Shown piece by piece: positions 24,732 through 38,496 of a DNA stretch of 64,000 bases. A program made the translations under genes and the position numbers. The notes beneath the pieces were generated by a model. The model searched no databases, was not told where the DNA came from, and saw nothing but the letters and a program-made list of their open reading frames with translations. The DNA comes from Mytilus edulis (Eukaryota), in NCBI RefSeq assembly GCF_963676685.1, contig NC_092346.1, positions 60,140,001 through 60,204,000 of the forward strand, read 5' to 3'. Every line of letters starts with the position of its first letter. Position 1 is the stretch's first letter.

Positions 24732-24773
24732 GCGTCCGAAGCGCTTATCTGGATTTATCTTCATCAGGAACGC
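24732..24773 (-). ncRNA. Divergent hammerhead-like motif from a related repeat subfamily (GAAA changed to GATA)
   Basis: Reverse complement GCGTTC-CTGATGA-...-GATA-AGCGC-TTC-GGACGC, with stem I covarying relative to the other copies. Downstream flanks (~24780-25000) are weakly similar to the 356-bp unit. Confidence 0.5.
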
Positions 24774-27700
24774 TCAAAGCCAAACATTTGAAATCCGAAG
24801 ATAGATAAGTACCGAAAATCGTTGAAGAGCTATAGGTAAAAAATATCTCAAATAAATAGCCAAATTCATCTAAAGTCAACTTTACCAGAAGGAGTTGAAA
24901 TCTTAGTTTCATAATAATTTCAAAATTTATTAACGGACAATTTTAGTTAAGTTTGTTAAACCATGTCACTGACTACTGAGCTGATGATACACCCGGGGAT
25001 CCTCGTACAGTTTTTGTACTATTTCCAGTCTATATATTTCAACTATGGATTTTTTCAAAAGATACATGTCTGCATAGTTTATTGTACAAACATATCAATT
25101 CTAGTTATAACGGGGATAATATGACATGAATACACATAAAGTAAGAACATATGTACAATTTAAAAAACAAATAATCAAACCCTTGTGCTTTCCTTGTGTA
25201 TTAGTTCATTGACTGGTACATGTCAGAAAGAGGGCGGTATTAGGGTTGGTTTTTTTTTTTTTTGTTAATGGTACGCATTTTAAAATAAAAACGGTTTATA
25301 GTGGAGCGTCGAATGTTGAACAAGTCGGTTTATAAACAGTTGTATACTTATCTTGCCTTTTTTATACAGTTCGTTCGTATGGTGTACTGTTATACCACTG
25401 TCCCAGGTTAAGGGAAGGGTTTGGATCCCGCTAACACGTTTAACCCCACCACATTATTTATGTATGCGTCTGTCTCAAGTCAGGAGCCTGTAATTTAGTG
25501 GTTGTCGTTTGTTTTTGTGTTACATATTTGTTTTTCGTTAATTTTTTTATATAAATAATTCCGTTATTTTCTCGTTTGAATTGTTTTACATTGTCATTTC
25601 GGAGCCTTTTATAGCTGACTATGCGGTATGGGCTTTGCTCATTGTTGAAGGCCGTACGGTGACCTAAGTTGTTAAGTTCTATGTCATTTTGGTCTCTTGT
25701 GGAGAGGTCTCATTGGCAATCAAACCACATTTTCTTTTTTATATTTATTTAGATTACGAGTTTAAATAATTAAATAACCAATATACCTCATGGAATTTTA
25801 ACGGCTTTAATTGTCTATCAATTATTCAGCTTCAGAAAATGTTTCTTCTTAATATCAAATGTGGTTCCAATGATATTAAAAACAGTCTGAACTGACCTTA
25901 CCCATCTTGAAACAAATACCCAACTGTGGTTGTAGTTGACAGTTCTCATAACTAACCCCTTCTAAAATTATTTTTGAACTAAATTGGTAAATACGATTAC
26001 TCTTGAACTTCAAACACTCAAAGGGCATTTTAAGTAGTCCTATGTGTAGAACAATAGGCACCTGAAAATGGTTAAAAATTGCACTGCAAATTTATCGTTT
26101 TTAAACAAGCATTATTTGCACTTGCAGTACAGGTGTATTCTAAAGATGTAACAGTAAAGCCGCAGTATAATACTTCAATCGACCCGATTTACTTTTTGAA
26201 GTAAATTCGTAGAAAGCTAATTATTTGGCTAAATATCTGCTTTTAATTTGGATTTAAAGTCCGGATATTTGCCACACATTAACCGACACTGTTGTGGTTT
26301 GCAGTTATAGGCCCACATTAAGCAATTTAGCAAATTCAAAGGTCATTACTAGTCATTTTCAAGCTCATTTCTTGTTCATTTTATAATTTTGAAGCCTTGT
26401 GTTTTTTTATACTGTTTTTGTATTGTTGTGTATTAGTTTCTGTTGAATCAACTAGCTTTTTATTTAAGACACATATTTTCTAAAAGTACATAATTTAAGC
26501 GTTTCATTGAGCTATTAAAGTGCCATGGGGTATTTAGGTAATTGAAATTTCTAAAATTGTCCTCTCCTCTGCTCCGCATTTAATACATTTGGTTGTTTGG
26601 GACAATCCTATGTGGTATTGAACAAAACATCATATTCCCATCTGAACATCGTGTAAATTTTGCATGACGAACCGCTGATTTTGAATTGTTTCAACTGGTA
26701 TAAATATTGAAATCATGGTAAATATCATTGCTTTGGCTTGTTACGGGTGTATAATCAAAATAGAAGGAAAAAAAGGATGAATGCATTCATTATTAAATAA
26801 TTGATATACAATATAATCCATGAGAGTAAAAAATACACCTGATCCTTCTGGATATCAAAGAAAGCAGAGAATAAACACAAGGCGACATTCGTTCGCCCTA
26901 GAACATCGTGCTATGCCTTGAAGAGTTGTGAATTTTATTGATCTAAAATATATTTCAAACCTCCTTTCAGCAAGTGAAATAAATAGTGTTTTATCTTTTA
27001 TTATGCAGGAGTAAAGTATCCCAGCTTATCATTAAAATTGTTTCCTCGACATGGTATAAGAGCCGTGTGTACAAAAACGAAGATCAGAATGGTAATTGAT
27101 TTTGAAATCAAGATCCTCAGTGTATGTAAAGTGCGGATCCTGAAATACCATTTTCACTGTAATGATACTTTACTTTCATTTTCACTGTAGAGCGATCATA
27201 GTATTGTATATGTGGTGCATTTTCACTGTACTAATTTTATTAATTTTTATGCATTAAATTCCAAATTCACAGTGGAATTTCCAGTGACACTAGAACAATA
27301 GAAAAGTCACTCTTCTTATGAAAGAGATAGAAAAGGTATAAAAACAGGAGAGACAATTTACGCATAAAAACCGATATGCATAGGGATGAATATCTCTTAA
27401 AACACAAAACCATTATCTAACTTTTATACAACCACTATAAATAAAGTATATGTTAAAGCTAAATTTGTTAATATATGATTTTTTTATTGCCAAACATGCC
27501 GTTAATTGAACAACCTATTGTTCAACATAGGGGTGTGTAAAAAACTGCCAGATTTGACTGCATATTTTTCTTTTTTTTTTGAAAAAAATATATATCAAAC
27601 CTTAAAGTTAATAATGTAGCTTTCTGAGTATCCAATTTTTAACGTGTTCCGAAATGTAGTTTCGTCACAAGAATTTTTCAAAGTTGTGTCATTTTGTCTA

Positions 27701-30700
27701 TATGAATTTCGGTAAATTCGTATGATCGAGCACACCGACAAGTAAATCGTTGGGACAACTCGATATAATGTAATCAATATACGTGAAAGATTAACTAATG
27801 TGAAGTTTATCAAAATCATCATAACATAATTGATCAACACATTATGTTTGAACAACATGAGTCCTACAATATAAGATTTTAAAGGTGCATATCATTTACA
27901 TTCAACGTTTTTATTGGATTTTTTTTACTACAATGTGTATAACCTCGAGGTTCAACGTTGATAGTAAAAAAAAATCCCAGAAATTTTTTGCATGATATTG
28001 CAAATGATATGAACCTTCGAATTCTTATAATATCGGAATAGAAAATATGTGATCCGAATTAACCATGCACGTGTGTTAAAGAAGATTATATACTTTTATG
28101 ATGTACAGGGGAGGGGTTAGGGTTTTTCTTAAACAATATTATGATCCCAAATTTAATGAATTTTGTTGGCAATACTTTAATATAAACACTACATATAGCA
28201 AATTATATGTTAAATCTCAATGTATTATTATTAGGAATAATGTTTGACTCGGTAAAAAAAATATTCCCCCTCCCCCCGTATTGCATGTAATGGTTGAAAC
28301 CTAAGGGATTCGCACTAACTGTCTAAAAGGGGCCCGCTCCAGTCTTGAATCAGTGATTTTGTTTACAATAAACAAAATATTGTCTCACACTGAAAGGGAC
28401 AGCCGGGCAACCTGCACAGCCCAGCTTGTCAAAACAACTAAGATTTACAAAACATTACCAACAAAAACCTTCAGTTTGGCAATCTTACTGGAATCTGATT
28501 ATCTCTACTGATAAATAATGCAACACTAATGACACATTTAAGTTTTGGAATGATTTTATTCACAAAGAATGTTTCTCATTGGTATACATTTCTATGCTCT
28601 TGTCTTTTCGGAGTTTATATTGGAAATTAAAAATTGCTGCATGAAAGAGACTAGCTCCACATTCCTATGCATATGATTGCCATATATACGAGAATCATTC
28701 CATAAAACATCCGTTTGATATCCTTTCAATGCCAGACACTGTCTAGTGGATTTTCTGTCACAATTACAAGGAAAACCTGGCTAAACTTGTGCTAAATCAA
28801 ACACTTGAATCTTACATCGCTATTGATGTTAAGCAATTAGTTTAAAGGGCCATCCGGAACTGTTGGGTTTTATGACAGTTTTCCTTCCATACAGACCATC
28901 GCTGCAAAATAATTTGAACATTCAATTAGATGATTATAATATTATTTGGTAATCCAAAGAGAACCTGAAAATATTAGACCACAATGAACAGAGACCCCAA
29001 AAAATGCCAATTTTACTTTACAAGGAAATTGAAAAAGTGGTTAGTTGCATGTCAAATCATCTTTTGGCTGTCGACAACAAATAAATAAAATCTAAATTTC
29101 GTAGCATTCCCCCCCCCCTTTTTTTTTTACTGAATTTGTTCAAGGTATGGTGGTTTTACCCCTTTTCAGATTTCAGTGTGTCATGTTGTATATCTTTTAT
29201 AAATTAGATGAATTTCTAGCAAGTTTCTACGATATTCTTTATCATTTGACAAAATACTATGCATCTGAATTAAATTGTTTTACTATTTGAAAAAGCGCGC
29301 CTTCTTTTACTTTAATTTACTTCCCTTTATTTCACATGGCAACACAAATTAAAAACTGCCAATCTTTGCTGCATATCAATTTTTTCCACCGATAAAAATA
29401 TATATCATGCAACATAATCAACTTTACAAATTGTGAGAAAATCAAGGTGTTCCGACCATTGGATAGTATTTTAAAAAAAATAATGAAAGGATGGCATGAT
29501 TACAAGTTTGAACCCTAACGACACTGAAAATCAAAAATTCACGCATTTACCTATCATATGATGATACAATGAGGTGATAAACTTAACAATGAATATTTTA
29601 CCTGATTCGTAATCATATTCACATTATGTTGACACATCTTAGTTCGTTTGTGCTAGCTCATTTTTAACAAGCTAAACAATTACAGCATCGTCCGTTTTTC
29701 TTTGCCGATTACCTCTAGTCAGAAGAGCGCACTGTTTACAGGGGAGGTAATATTTTGTCACCAGTTCGCCCACTGCAGCCGACTTGCACAAACAATAAAA
29801 GGATTTGATAGTGCTGACTTTCAGATGAAAAGTTTGATTGAACACTCCAATAAATTCAATAGAATTAATATTTATTTCAAATAAAACACATCGTTGTCAT
29901 AATATAAGTTGAAAGTGTTTTTAGATTAATGCAAAATATTTTCAAATGCATGCCAATTTGATAAAATTCATGTTTCTGCAGTAGTCATTATACGCATGTG
30001 CAAACAAATTTTATCATTGGATTTCGAGTATGAGTCTATTTACCAAACAGAAGAAGCATGTCATAGAATTTTTTCTAATTCATCAGAATCTTTATTTAAA
30101 GTGTAGTTATATTTATCCAATGCATTGAAACTTTATCACTGAATACGAAAATCTCGCATGTCTATCGAAATAGAATGGGATAAAAGGGGATAAAAACAAT
30201 ACTTTCTAATATTTTTTTATAAATCACTTTTTGACCAATTTCAATGAGGTTTTGAAGTAAGATTTTTGATTTTGGGTCCGGTTTTAAATTGGCCCACAGG
30301 GTCCAAAATAAAATTTGAGGTTCTTTGGTAGGCTGAATCCATACATGATTGGTTTATTATTATTTTTTTAATTTTTGGCCCATTTAACAAGTTTGTGGGG
30401 TCCAAACTGTCAAGAAATAAATTCTTTTGGATTTCAACAACAGTTGAATATTAGGGGTACTTTGAAATGCTGAATCTTACCGTGTTTTTAAATTTGGGAT
30501 TTTGGTATTTTGGGCCAAGTTATCGAAATGGTCCACATTGAGGCCCAAAGGGTCCGAAATTCAACATTTTTTTGATTTTCTCAAAAATGAAGTCTAGCTT
30601 GAATGTTGTGTACATTTACCCCAAACTGTTAAGGGTTCGACCTCTGCGGTAGTATCAAGGTAGATGTACAACACGTACATCATGTTCCAATGCAACTTTA

Positions 30701-31155
30701 TCAGTATACGTTTTTGACAGATAAAGTTTGCCCTACACAACTTGACTTGCATTTCAAGCTTTAATGACTTTGTATAATTATATGTCACATTGTCGTTTCA
30801 TTTTATACAGTAAAGAACATGCAAGCAACAATCGAGCTAAAAACTATCTTTCCTTCAGAATATGGATGTTGAGGCATTTGGGGGCTCAACAATAGGGGAG
30901 GCAAGTGAAGATTAATCACAGAAAAAAGAACTAAACGGTTAAGGAGGGGTCTTCAGACCAATGCACGTATTGTCCTTTGAAGACAAAATGGGTAGCTAAT
31001 TTTCCCAGGCATAAGAAGATCCACACTAATGGGTTAAACAAATGTGACCAGTGTGAATTAAAATTTAAAGACTTCTCAATAAGCATAACAACTGATAGCA
31101 TGGAGAAAGCCTGATTTGTACTCATTGTTCCAAACACATCAAAAGCAGAACTGGG

Positions 31156-31291
31156 CAGTGGCGGATCCAGAACTTTTTGTAAGGCGGGCCCGATGGCTGA
31201 CCTAAAAAGGAGGGGGGGACTCAAGTCATGCATCAGTGATTCCCTATATAATCAACCAAATTTTTCCAAGGCCCCCCTGGATACGCCTATG
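31156..31291. mobile_element. Small MITE with 15-bp imperfect TIRs
   Basis: CAGTGGCGGATCCAG ... CTGGATACGCCTATG. A related internal fragment occurs near 28325-28360. Confidence 0.55.
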
Positions 31292-31374
31292 CTGGCATAG
31301 CTTACCATATGGAGAAAGCAACAGGAACTTTTAATCACATCTGCTTGTTTTATAGTAAAACATTAAAAATGCTT

Positions 31375-32220
31375 AGCTGACCGTAGAGATCGAACCCTGA
31401 ACAGTAGGGGCAAATTTGGACATAGTATTAAAGCTTGATACTATCTGAATTTAGATTGTGATCAAATTTATGACGTTATATAGGTTTCTGACACAAGGTA
31501 AATGTGGTCGAAGATCTTAAATCGTATCCGCAATACTGTGCAACTGAAGGTTTCTTCGCGCCCATAACATTTTGTTTTCCTTCTAGGATAAATAACCATC
31601 AAACCAAATCCCAGTCTTTCCTTTCTGGTAATGAACCTTGCAGTACAATTTTAGAGAGGTCCATACACTTGAACACAAGATATTGTCTAGAAACTAGAAA
31701 AAATGTTTGTTTTGCCATTTCTTTTGCCCCTAATTTCTGCATGTTTGGGGCAATTATCCCCGAACAAAATCCCAGTCTTCCATTTGTGATAATGCGAAAA
31801 AGATCCAAAAACGTACATACAAGTAATTATCCGGAAACTACAAACATGATTGTTTTTTGTCCCTTTTTGTTCCTTCATTCCTAAACTGTTAGTACCATAA
31901 CCCCAAAATGAAACCTAACATTCTACTTGTGGTATTGAACACTGTGGTACAATTTCAGAACAATCAAAATTCTTATACACAAGTATTTATCCTAAAACTA
32001 AAAACATGCTTCTTTTATGCCCCTTTTTCGTAAACGATTGGAACCATCATCCCCAACATTATCCCAACCTTCCTTTTGTGGTATTGAACCTTCTTTAAAA
32101 TTTATATAGATCCATTTACTTAAATTAAAGTTGATCGGAAACCAAATGGGTCTTCGGACGACGCAGACGATAACGACATCATAGCAATATACGAACCGGA
32201 AAAAAAAACATTGCGGGGAA
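31375..32220 (-). mobile_element. HINE-like element with ~150-bp internal repeats (related inverted fragment at ~30230-30660)
   Basis: Degenerate internal repeats near 31600, 31765, 31905 and 32055, a (GAC)n-like tract at 32156-32179, and 31378-31435 is the inverted homolog of 30597-30655. Confidence 0.5.
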
Positions 32221-33401
32221 ACATTTCAGTTTACAGTTCACACATGTCAATACTGTGGGAAAATGTATAAATGGCCAGCCAGTTTCTATAGACATATACA
32301 AGTTATAAATAGATATAAATATTAAAGTAATCAAATAAGTTTTTCATTTGTTGCAAGTCTATTTATTACATTAATCTACAATAAAAATTCATCGCATTTT
32401 CGAAAATTCTACATCAGAAATGAATGCCATACAGTGATAATTCATCGCATCTATAGTGAAAATGGCTCGCTTTTAATAACTGATATTCTATTTTATGTTG
32501 CTTTTATTACACATATTTGAACTTTAATACTGTTATTTTACATTAAAAAGACACATCATAATAAAAATGTGTTAAAATTTAGTTTCAAATCAATTATTTT
32601 GGTATTTTCAAAGCGTAAACAAATAAAGTTTTCCCATGATCCTTTATTCTACATGTACAATGAACATACTCGCATACAAAAGTGAAAATAAACTGACTGG
32701 ATTCGCACTTTATATACACTGATCCTCCAATATTATTCGAATTATTATTCGGGATTCAAAAGATATATAGACTCATATCCACTATCAGTGCTGTTTATCA
32801 CATTTGAATGATGGCTGCGGGGATATGATGTACCGACAATCACGAAAATATCCTGTCACCTGTGTAGACCTCGATGAACATATACTATTGAGTTTTATCT
32901 GGTAAAAACTGTACTCTGTTATTATATATTCAATGCTAGTGGTGGTATCAAACAAGAAAAAAATTAACGCATTCCATTTAATGAACTTTAAACTTTTCTT
33001 TTTCTGGCTGAAAGAAAATCTGTTTATATAATACGTATGTCTCAACCTGACTATGCCTAATTATTATTTGAAACTTTATTCTTTTTTTGTGTCTGGTTCA
33101 ATTAAATTCTAAATCACTTGAATGAATGATTGGGATTTTTAAAAGCAGAAATATAATATTTTGACAATTGTATAAAGACTAGAAATATGATACGAACTAT
33201 AATTCAATACTACAATAAGACCTACATGATCCTAGGAATAATGGGTTTTTCAAGAGACAGTTGAATTAAAATATGTTTCTTTATTTGTAGAATATGTTAT
33301 GGCGTTAATCTTAACAAAGGATGTATTTTCCAGTACATTAATAGTTGATACGATTAACGTATAACAGTTGGTAATAATTCTGACGTTGTATACGATTCGG
33401 A

Positions 33402-34580
33402 ATGATTCTTAGAACTACTTTTCTTTTTTATTGGTGCTTGTCAGCCTGCAATGGACAAACCGGGGATGACGTGAAAGGCTTGGTCACTAAATTGTTTACT
33501 ACCAACACTTATAAAAAGAATGTCCGTCCAAACGCTGATCAAACACAGCCAATGCAGGTGGACTTGGACTTCTATCTTGTCGGCATCAATGGAATAGACG
33601 AAATAACACAAAAATTAACAACAACAGGTTTTCTATTTATAAGTTGGACGGACGAGTACCTTACATGGACTCCAGCTTCACACGGTGGCGTAGAATATAT
33701 TTATGTTTCTCAAAGTGATATATGGAAACCAGACATAACACTTCAAAATGGATTTTCGAAACTAAAGGAACTTGGTAGTAGTTTTATAAATGTTCAGATT
33801 TTTCCAAACGGCGAAGTGACTTGGTTGCCAACTGAAGTGTTTGAAACAAAGTGTAATATTGATATCAAATATTTTCCTTTTGACCGTCAAACATGCGAAA
33901 TAGTTTTTGTTGTATGGTCCAGCAGCATATTGGACGTAAATGTGACAAAAGGAAGTAGAGGCATACTTCTGGAAGCATTAGATCCTAATGGTGTGTGGAG
34001 TGTTGTATCGACAACGGCCGGGGACGATGTATTATCGTCGGAGTCAAGAGTTGTATTTACTATAACTCTCGAGCGTAGTTCAGCGTACTACGTCATGAAT
34101 GTCATTGTCCCAGTGATATTACTTGGAATACTGAATGTTTTTACGTTTGTAATCCCAGCAGACAGTGGGGAGAAAATGGGATACTCCATCACAGTTTTTC
34201 TAGCATTTGCCGTCTTCTTAACAATTATAAGTTCTGAACTTCCGAAGACATCGGGATCATTACTGGGAAACTATCTTATGTTCCAAATGGGCATGGGAAC
34301 GTTCGTTGTAGCTGTGACAGCGTTGGAACTTCGAATTCATCACCGGAAAGACAAAGTCCCAAATAAAATTCAAAGAATTTTCAGAAGTAAATGTAAAACT
34401 CGAGTTAAAAGTTCAGATAAAACTTTTGACAATCCGGGAAAAGAAAAGGAAAGTGAGGATGGAGAAAAGACTTGGAGTGATATAACATCTACAACAGACT
34501 TTATATTATTCTGGGTATCATTAGTTTCCACATTCATAGTAACTGTGACCATTTTAGGATTACTTTCATCTAAATATTAA
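33402..34580 (+). CDS. Atypical nAChR-like Cys-loop subunit, paralog 3 (intronless, 392 aa)
   Basis: Signal peptide, IWKPDI, Cys-loop CNIDIKYFPFDRQTC, PADSGEKMGYSITVFLAFAVFL, four TM segments. Confidence 0.96.
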   Translation: MILRTTFLFYWCLSACNGQTGDDVKGLVTKLFTTNTYKKNVRPNADQTQPMQVDLDFYLVGINGIDEITQKLTTTGFLFISWTDEYLTWTPASHGGVEYIYVSQSDIWKPDITLQNGFSKLKELGSSFINVQIFPNGEVTWLPTEVFETKCNIDIKYFPFDRQTCEIVFVVWSSSILDVNVTKGSRGILLEALDPNGVWSVVSTTAGDDVLSSESRVVFTITLERSSAYYVMNVIVPVILLGILNVFTFVIPADSGEKMGYSITVFLAFAVFLTIISSELPKTSGSLLGNYLMFQMGMGTFVVAVTALELRIHHRKDKVPNKIQRIFRSKCKTRVKSSDKTFDNPGKEKESEDGEKTWSDITSTTDFILFWVSLVSTFIVTVTILGLLSSKY

Positions 34581-35502
34581 GATAAGTGGTTTTACTTAAC
34601 TAACGAGAACACTTTTGTAAATCCGTTTATTATGAGTTGATGGTTTAAATATATCTTTATTGCATAGAAATTAAAAGCCTGATACAAACTATTATGTGAT
34701 CAATATCTTGATTGATTAATAATCCTATATTTCAATACGAAACTGTAATTTATCTGAAACTAGCTATTATCAACGTTTTACAATATTTCTAACATAATGT
34801 CATTGGACATTTCATGTTGACTGTGTACTTTGATGATATTTGAAAACAGATACTTTCTTTAACATGATACTTTTTATGGAATAACAATTTCATATTCATT
34901 AATATAAGACGATGACTTATTTCCAGGTCCCATCACTTGGTGTCCGTCGTAGTCCGTCGTCGTTAACTTTTACAAAAAATCTTCTCCTCTGAAACTACTG
35001 GGCCAAATTTAACCAAACTTTGCCACACTCATCATTGGTGTATCTAGTTTTAAAAAATGTATCTGGTGACCCGGCCAGCCAACCAAGATGGCCGCCATGG
35101 CTAAACATAGAACATAGGGGTAAAATGTAGACTTTGGCTTATAACACTAAAACCGAAGCATTTATAGCAAGTCTGACAGTGGTAAAATTGTTTATCAGGT
35201 CAAGATCTATCTTTCCTGAAATTTTCAGATGAATTGGACAGCTGGATGTTGGGTTGCTGCCCCTGAATTGGTAATTTAAGGAAAGTTTGCTGTTTTTTGT
35301 TATTATCTTGAATATTATATATATATATATATAAACTCTAAACAGCAAAGTAAGATCTAAAAATAAGTCAACATGACCAAAATGGTCAGTTGACCCCTTA
35401 AGCCCTTAAGGAGTTATTACCATTTATAGTCAATTTTTGTAAATTTTCATTAATTTGGTTAATTTTTATAAATTTACACAAAATATTTTTCTCTGTATCT
35501 AA

Positions 35503-38493
35503 AGCTAGGTTCACACTGCCGATTAGATTAACTCGATGAACCCGATTCTCCAAATTTCCACGACCAAGCTCAACCAAATTCTTGATCGGGCCTGTTTACG
35601 ACTTCTACCCGACCGCAATCCGACTGTACACGACCTTAACTCGACAATTCACGACCCCATCAGGACTCCATCCCGACAACAAAATGAATACTTATTCGAT
35701 AATTCCGATCAATTCACGATCTTTACACGATCTTTACTCGACTAGCTAGACCAAATCAATTTTTTCACGATCTCAGTCTGATCTCGACCAGACCAGATCG
35801 ACCTGATCGTATATGGGTCGTAGGGATAATCGAGAATTGGTCGAGTATGCACAATTTTAGTATAAAAACGTACGAAACTTATATTCCTCGCCGCTTCGGA
35901 GTGAGCATTACGTGTTACCCTTGTCCGTATGTACGTATGTGCGTACGTCCCAACAATATTAGTTCCCGTTCTCTAATTGTATTTTGCCTCAACCAAATTT
36001 TATGAAACGCCGTATACACAATGTTTATTTCCATAAATCACAGTTCAAATGCAAATTTGGGTGACCGTTCTTGAGAAATGACCCTTTATAATGTTATATA
36101 TGCTAGCTGGGGTATTATCAGTGTCCTATGGACACATTTTCCGTATATTTGGTTATATTCAGTAGAAGGTCCGAATAAAATCATACATTTAAAATATCTA
36201 TATAGAAATAAAGCAATTGGATTTGTGGCCAAGGTGGTAAGAGCTCAGAGAGACAGGTAAATAACTGTAACAAAGCTTGGAGAGTGAAAAGAAGACGAAC
36301 AAGCAGGTGTAAACAGCAACGGGCGCCGAGAAATCTAAGTGAGGCAGTGGCTGACACGCCGACCACATGTGAGCAGTATGAGAGACTTGCACTAACTTAA
36401 CAAAGAGGAACCCAATGCTTACAAAAACTTCCTCATACTGGACACTGATATGTAATAGTTGTTGTATTGGTCTTTTTTTTAGTAATTTTAGACAATATTT
36501 TGAGTTATGACAAGCAAGAACACGTTTAGATAATTGATTTACTAGTAATGTTAAAGTTAGAAAGAAATGCATCGTTTGAACTAACAAAACGACAAACGAC
36601 GAACAGAAGACGCATTAGCAGCGAGTGTATAGTTTGTCAAAGTTTATGCAAACTTTGCAAAAGTATGTTAGAAACAAATGATCAAATAACTATCAAAGGT
36701 ACCAGGATTATAATTTAGTACGCCAGACGCGCGTTTCGTCTACATAAGACTCATCAGTGACGCTCATATCAAAATATTTAAGTCAGACAAGTACAAAGTT
36801 GAAGAGCATTGAGGATCCAAAATTCCAAAAAGTTGTGCCAAATACGGCTAAGGTAATCTATGCCTGGGATAAGAAAATCCTTAGTTTTTCGTAAAATTCA
36901 AAGTTTTGTAAACAGGAAATTTATTTAAAAAAAATTACCATATTATTGATATTCATGTCAACACCTAAATGTTGACTACTGGGCTGGTGATACCCTCGGG
37001 ACGAAACGTCCACCAGCAGTGGCATCGACCCAGTGTTGTAAATAGTTATCAAAGGTACCAGGATTATAATTTAGTACGCCAGACGCGCGTTTCGTCTACA
37101 TAAGACTCATCAGTGACGCTCATATCAAAATATTTATAAAGTCAGACAAGTACAAAGTTGAAGAGCATTGAGGATCCAAAATTCCAAACAGTTGTGCCAA
37201 ATACGGCTAAGGTAATCTATGCCCTGGGATAAGAAAATCCTTGCGCACGCTCAACTGTTTGCATCGTGAGTGAAAGAACGAAATTCGCTCCAAATAAAAA
37301 CAAATATTTCTCTCCTTCTTGTGTGAAATTACGTAAAAAAGGTTCGAATGGAGAAAAAAATTGACAGTAATTTGACCTTTAGTTGTTATTAATCATTTCT
37401 ATGTCATTTGGTGTTCTGTGAAGAGCTGTCTCGTTGGCAATTGTACTACGTCTTCTTTGTTTATACTAGTACAAACATTTCTGGACAAACGAAAAATACG
37501 GACAGACAAAACAGGAAATAGCCCATAAAACAGGTAAATATAATCTTGATCGATGTTCTTATAAACCAACTTCGAAAGATAACTTAGTCGTCAGCAGTCT
37601 AATAATGAATGCTATTGCACAATTACTTTCATATTTGAAAAATCAGTCGGTGCCAACATCGCAGGATATTCTTCCCTCCCGGAACACCTGAGTTCATCCC
37701 AGATTTTTGTTGGGTTATGTGTTGCTAAGTTCTATGGTATGTGGACTGCTGTTTGTCTTCTCGTCGGTTTTCGTTTTTTGCTATGGCTGTGTCACTTTGT
37801 TTTCGACCTTTGCGTTTGATTGTTCCCTTTGGTGTCTTTTGTCTCTCTTTTAAAATGTTACCTCTCCTTGCAAAAGTAAAGATACGTACTGTACATGAAG
37901 GAATTATTACAGTTAAATATGATGTTGCCAATATATTTTTTCGGAGACGGAGTTATGAGAGTTAATCAGATCTGCACAAACGTTTAGAGAATCGTGTAGC
38001 AGTCCTGTGTTCTCGTGTATGGGCGAGTAGAGATCGAAGAGTGGTCGAATGTTGTAGCGAAGGCATCGGGTATTGGTCGAGTTGGTCTGGGCTAAAATAA
38101 ATATAGAAGTCGCAGTGATCTGGAAGCGATCGGACATTGGTCGAGTTAATCTGGAAATGATCGGACATTAGTCGAGCAAAGGTCGAAATGATCGAGTATT
38201 GATCGGAAATTTTGTTGTATTCCGATCAAACTCGATCTCTATACGATCCTTTCCCGATCAATTTGACAGGTACTCGACGAATTATCGATCTCTTCTCGAG
38301 TGACTTGCTTCTCGGTCCTTATTCGATTGTTTTTGACATGTCAAAAACTCTCGGGTAGATAGTCAGATCGATGACGAGTAGGGTAGACTATCCCGAACAT
38401 CCTTGTCGATTGAGTCAGACCAGTCTCCCGATCACGTAGTTTGTCTTGATCGGGCTTGATCGAGTTGATCTGATCGGTAGTGTGAACCTAGCT
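35503..38493. mobile_element. PIF/Harbinger-type non-autonomous element E1 (TAA TSD) with a transposase N-terminal remnant
   Basis: TAA|AGCTAGGTTCACACTGCCGAT...ATCGGTAGTGTGAACCTAGCT|TAA, with CGA/TCG-rich subterminal regions. ~36340-36452 translates with breaks as VRQWLTRRP..QYERL..LNKEEPNAYKNFL, resembling Harbinger transposase N-termini. Confidence 0.8.
36685..37242 (-). mobile_element. Retrozyme-like tandem repeat (356-bp unit, ~1.6 copies) with two intact type I hammerheads (36719-36763, 37075-37119)
   Basis: Direct repeat with period 356 (TATCAAAGGTACC at 36691 and 37047). Both copies read GCGTCA-CTGATGA-GTCTTATGTAGAC-GAAA-CGCGC-GTC-TGGCGT on the minus strand. The insert is absent from the sister element at ~41321-41335. 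Confidence 0.85.
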
Positions 38494-38496
38494 TAA

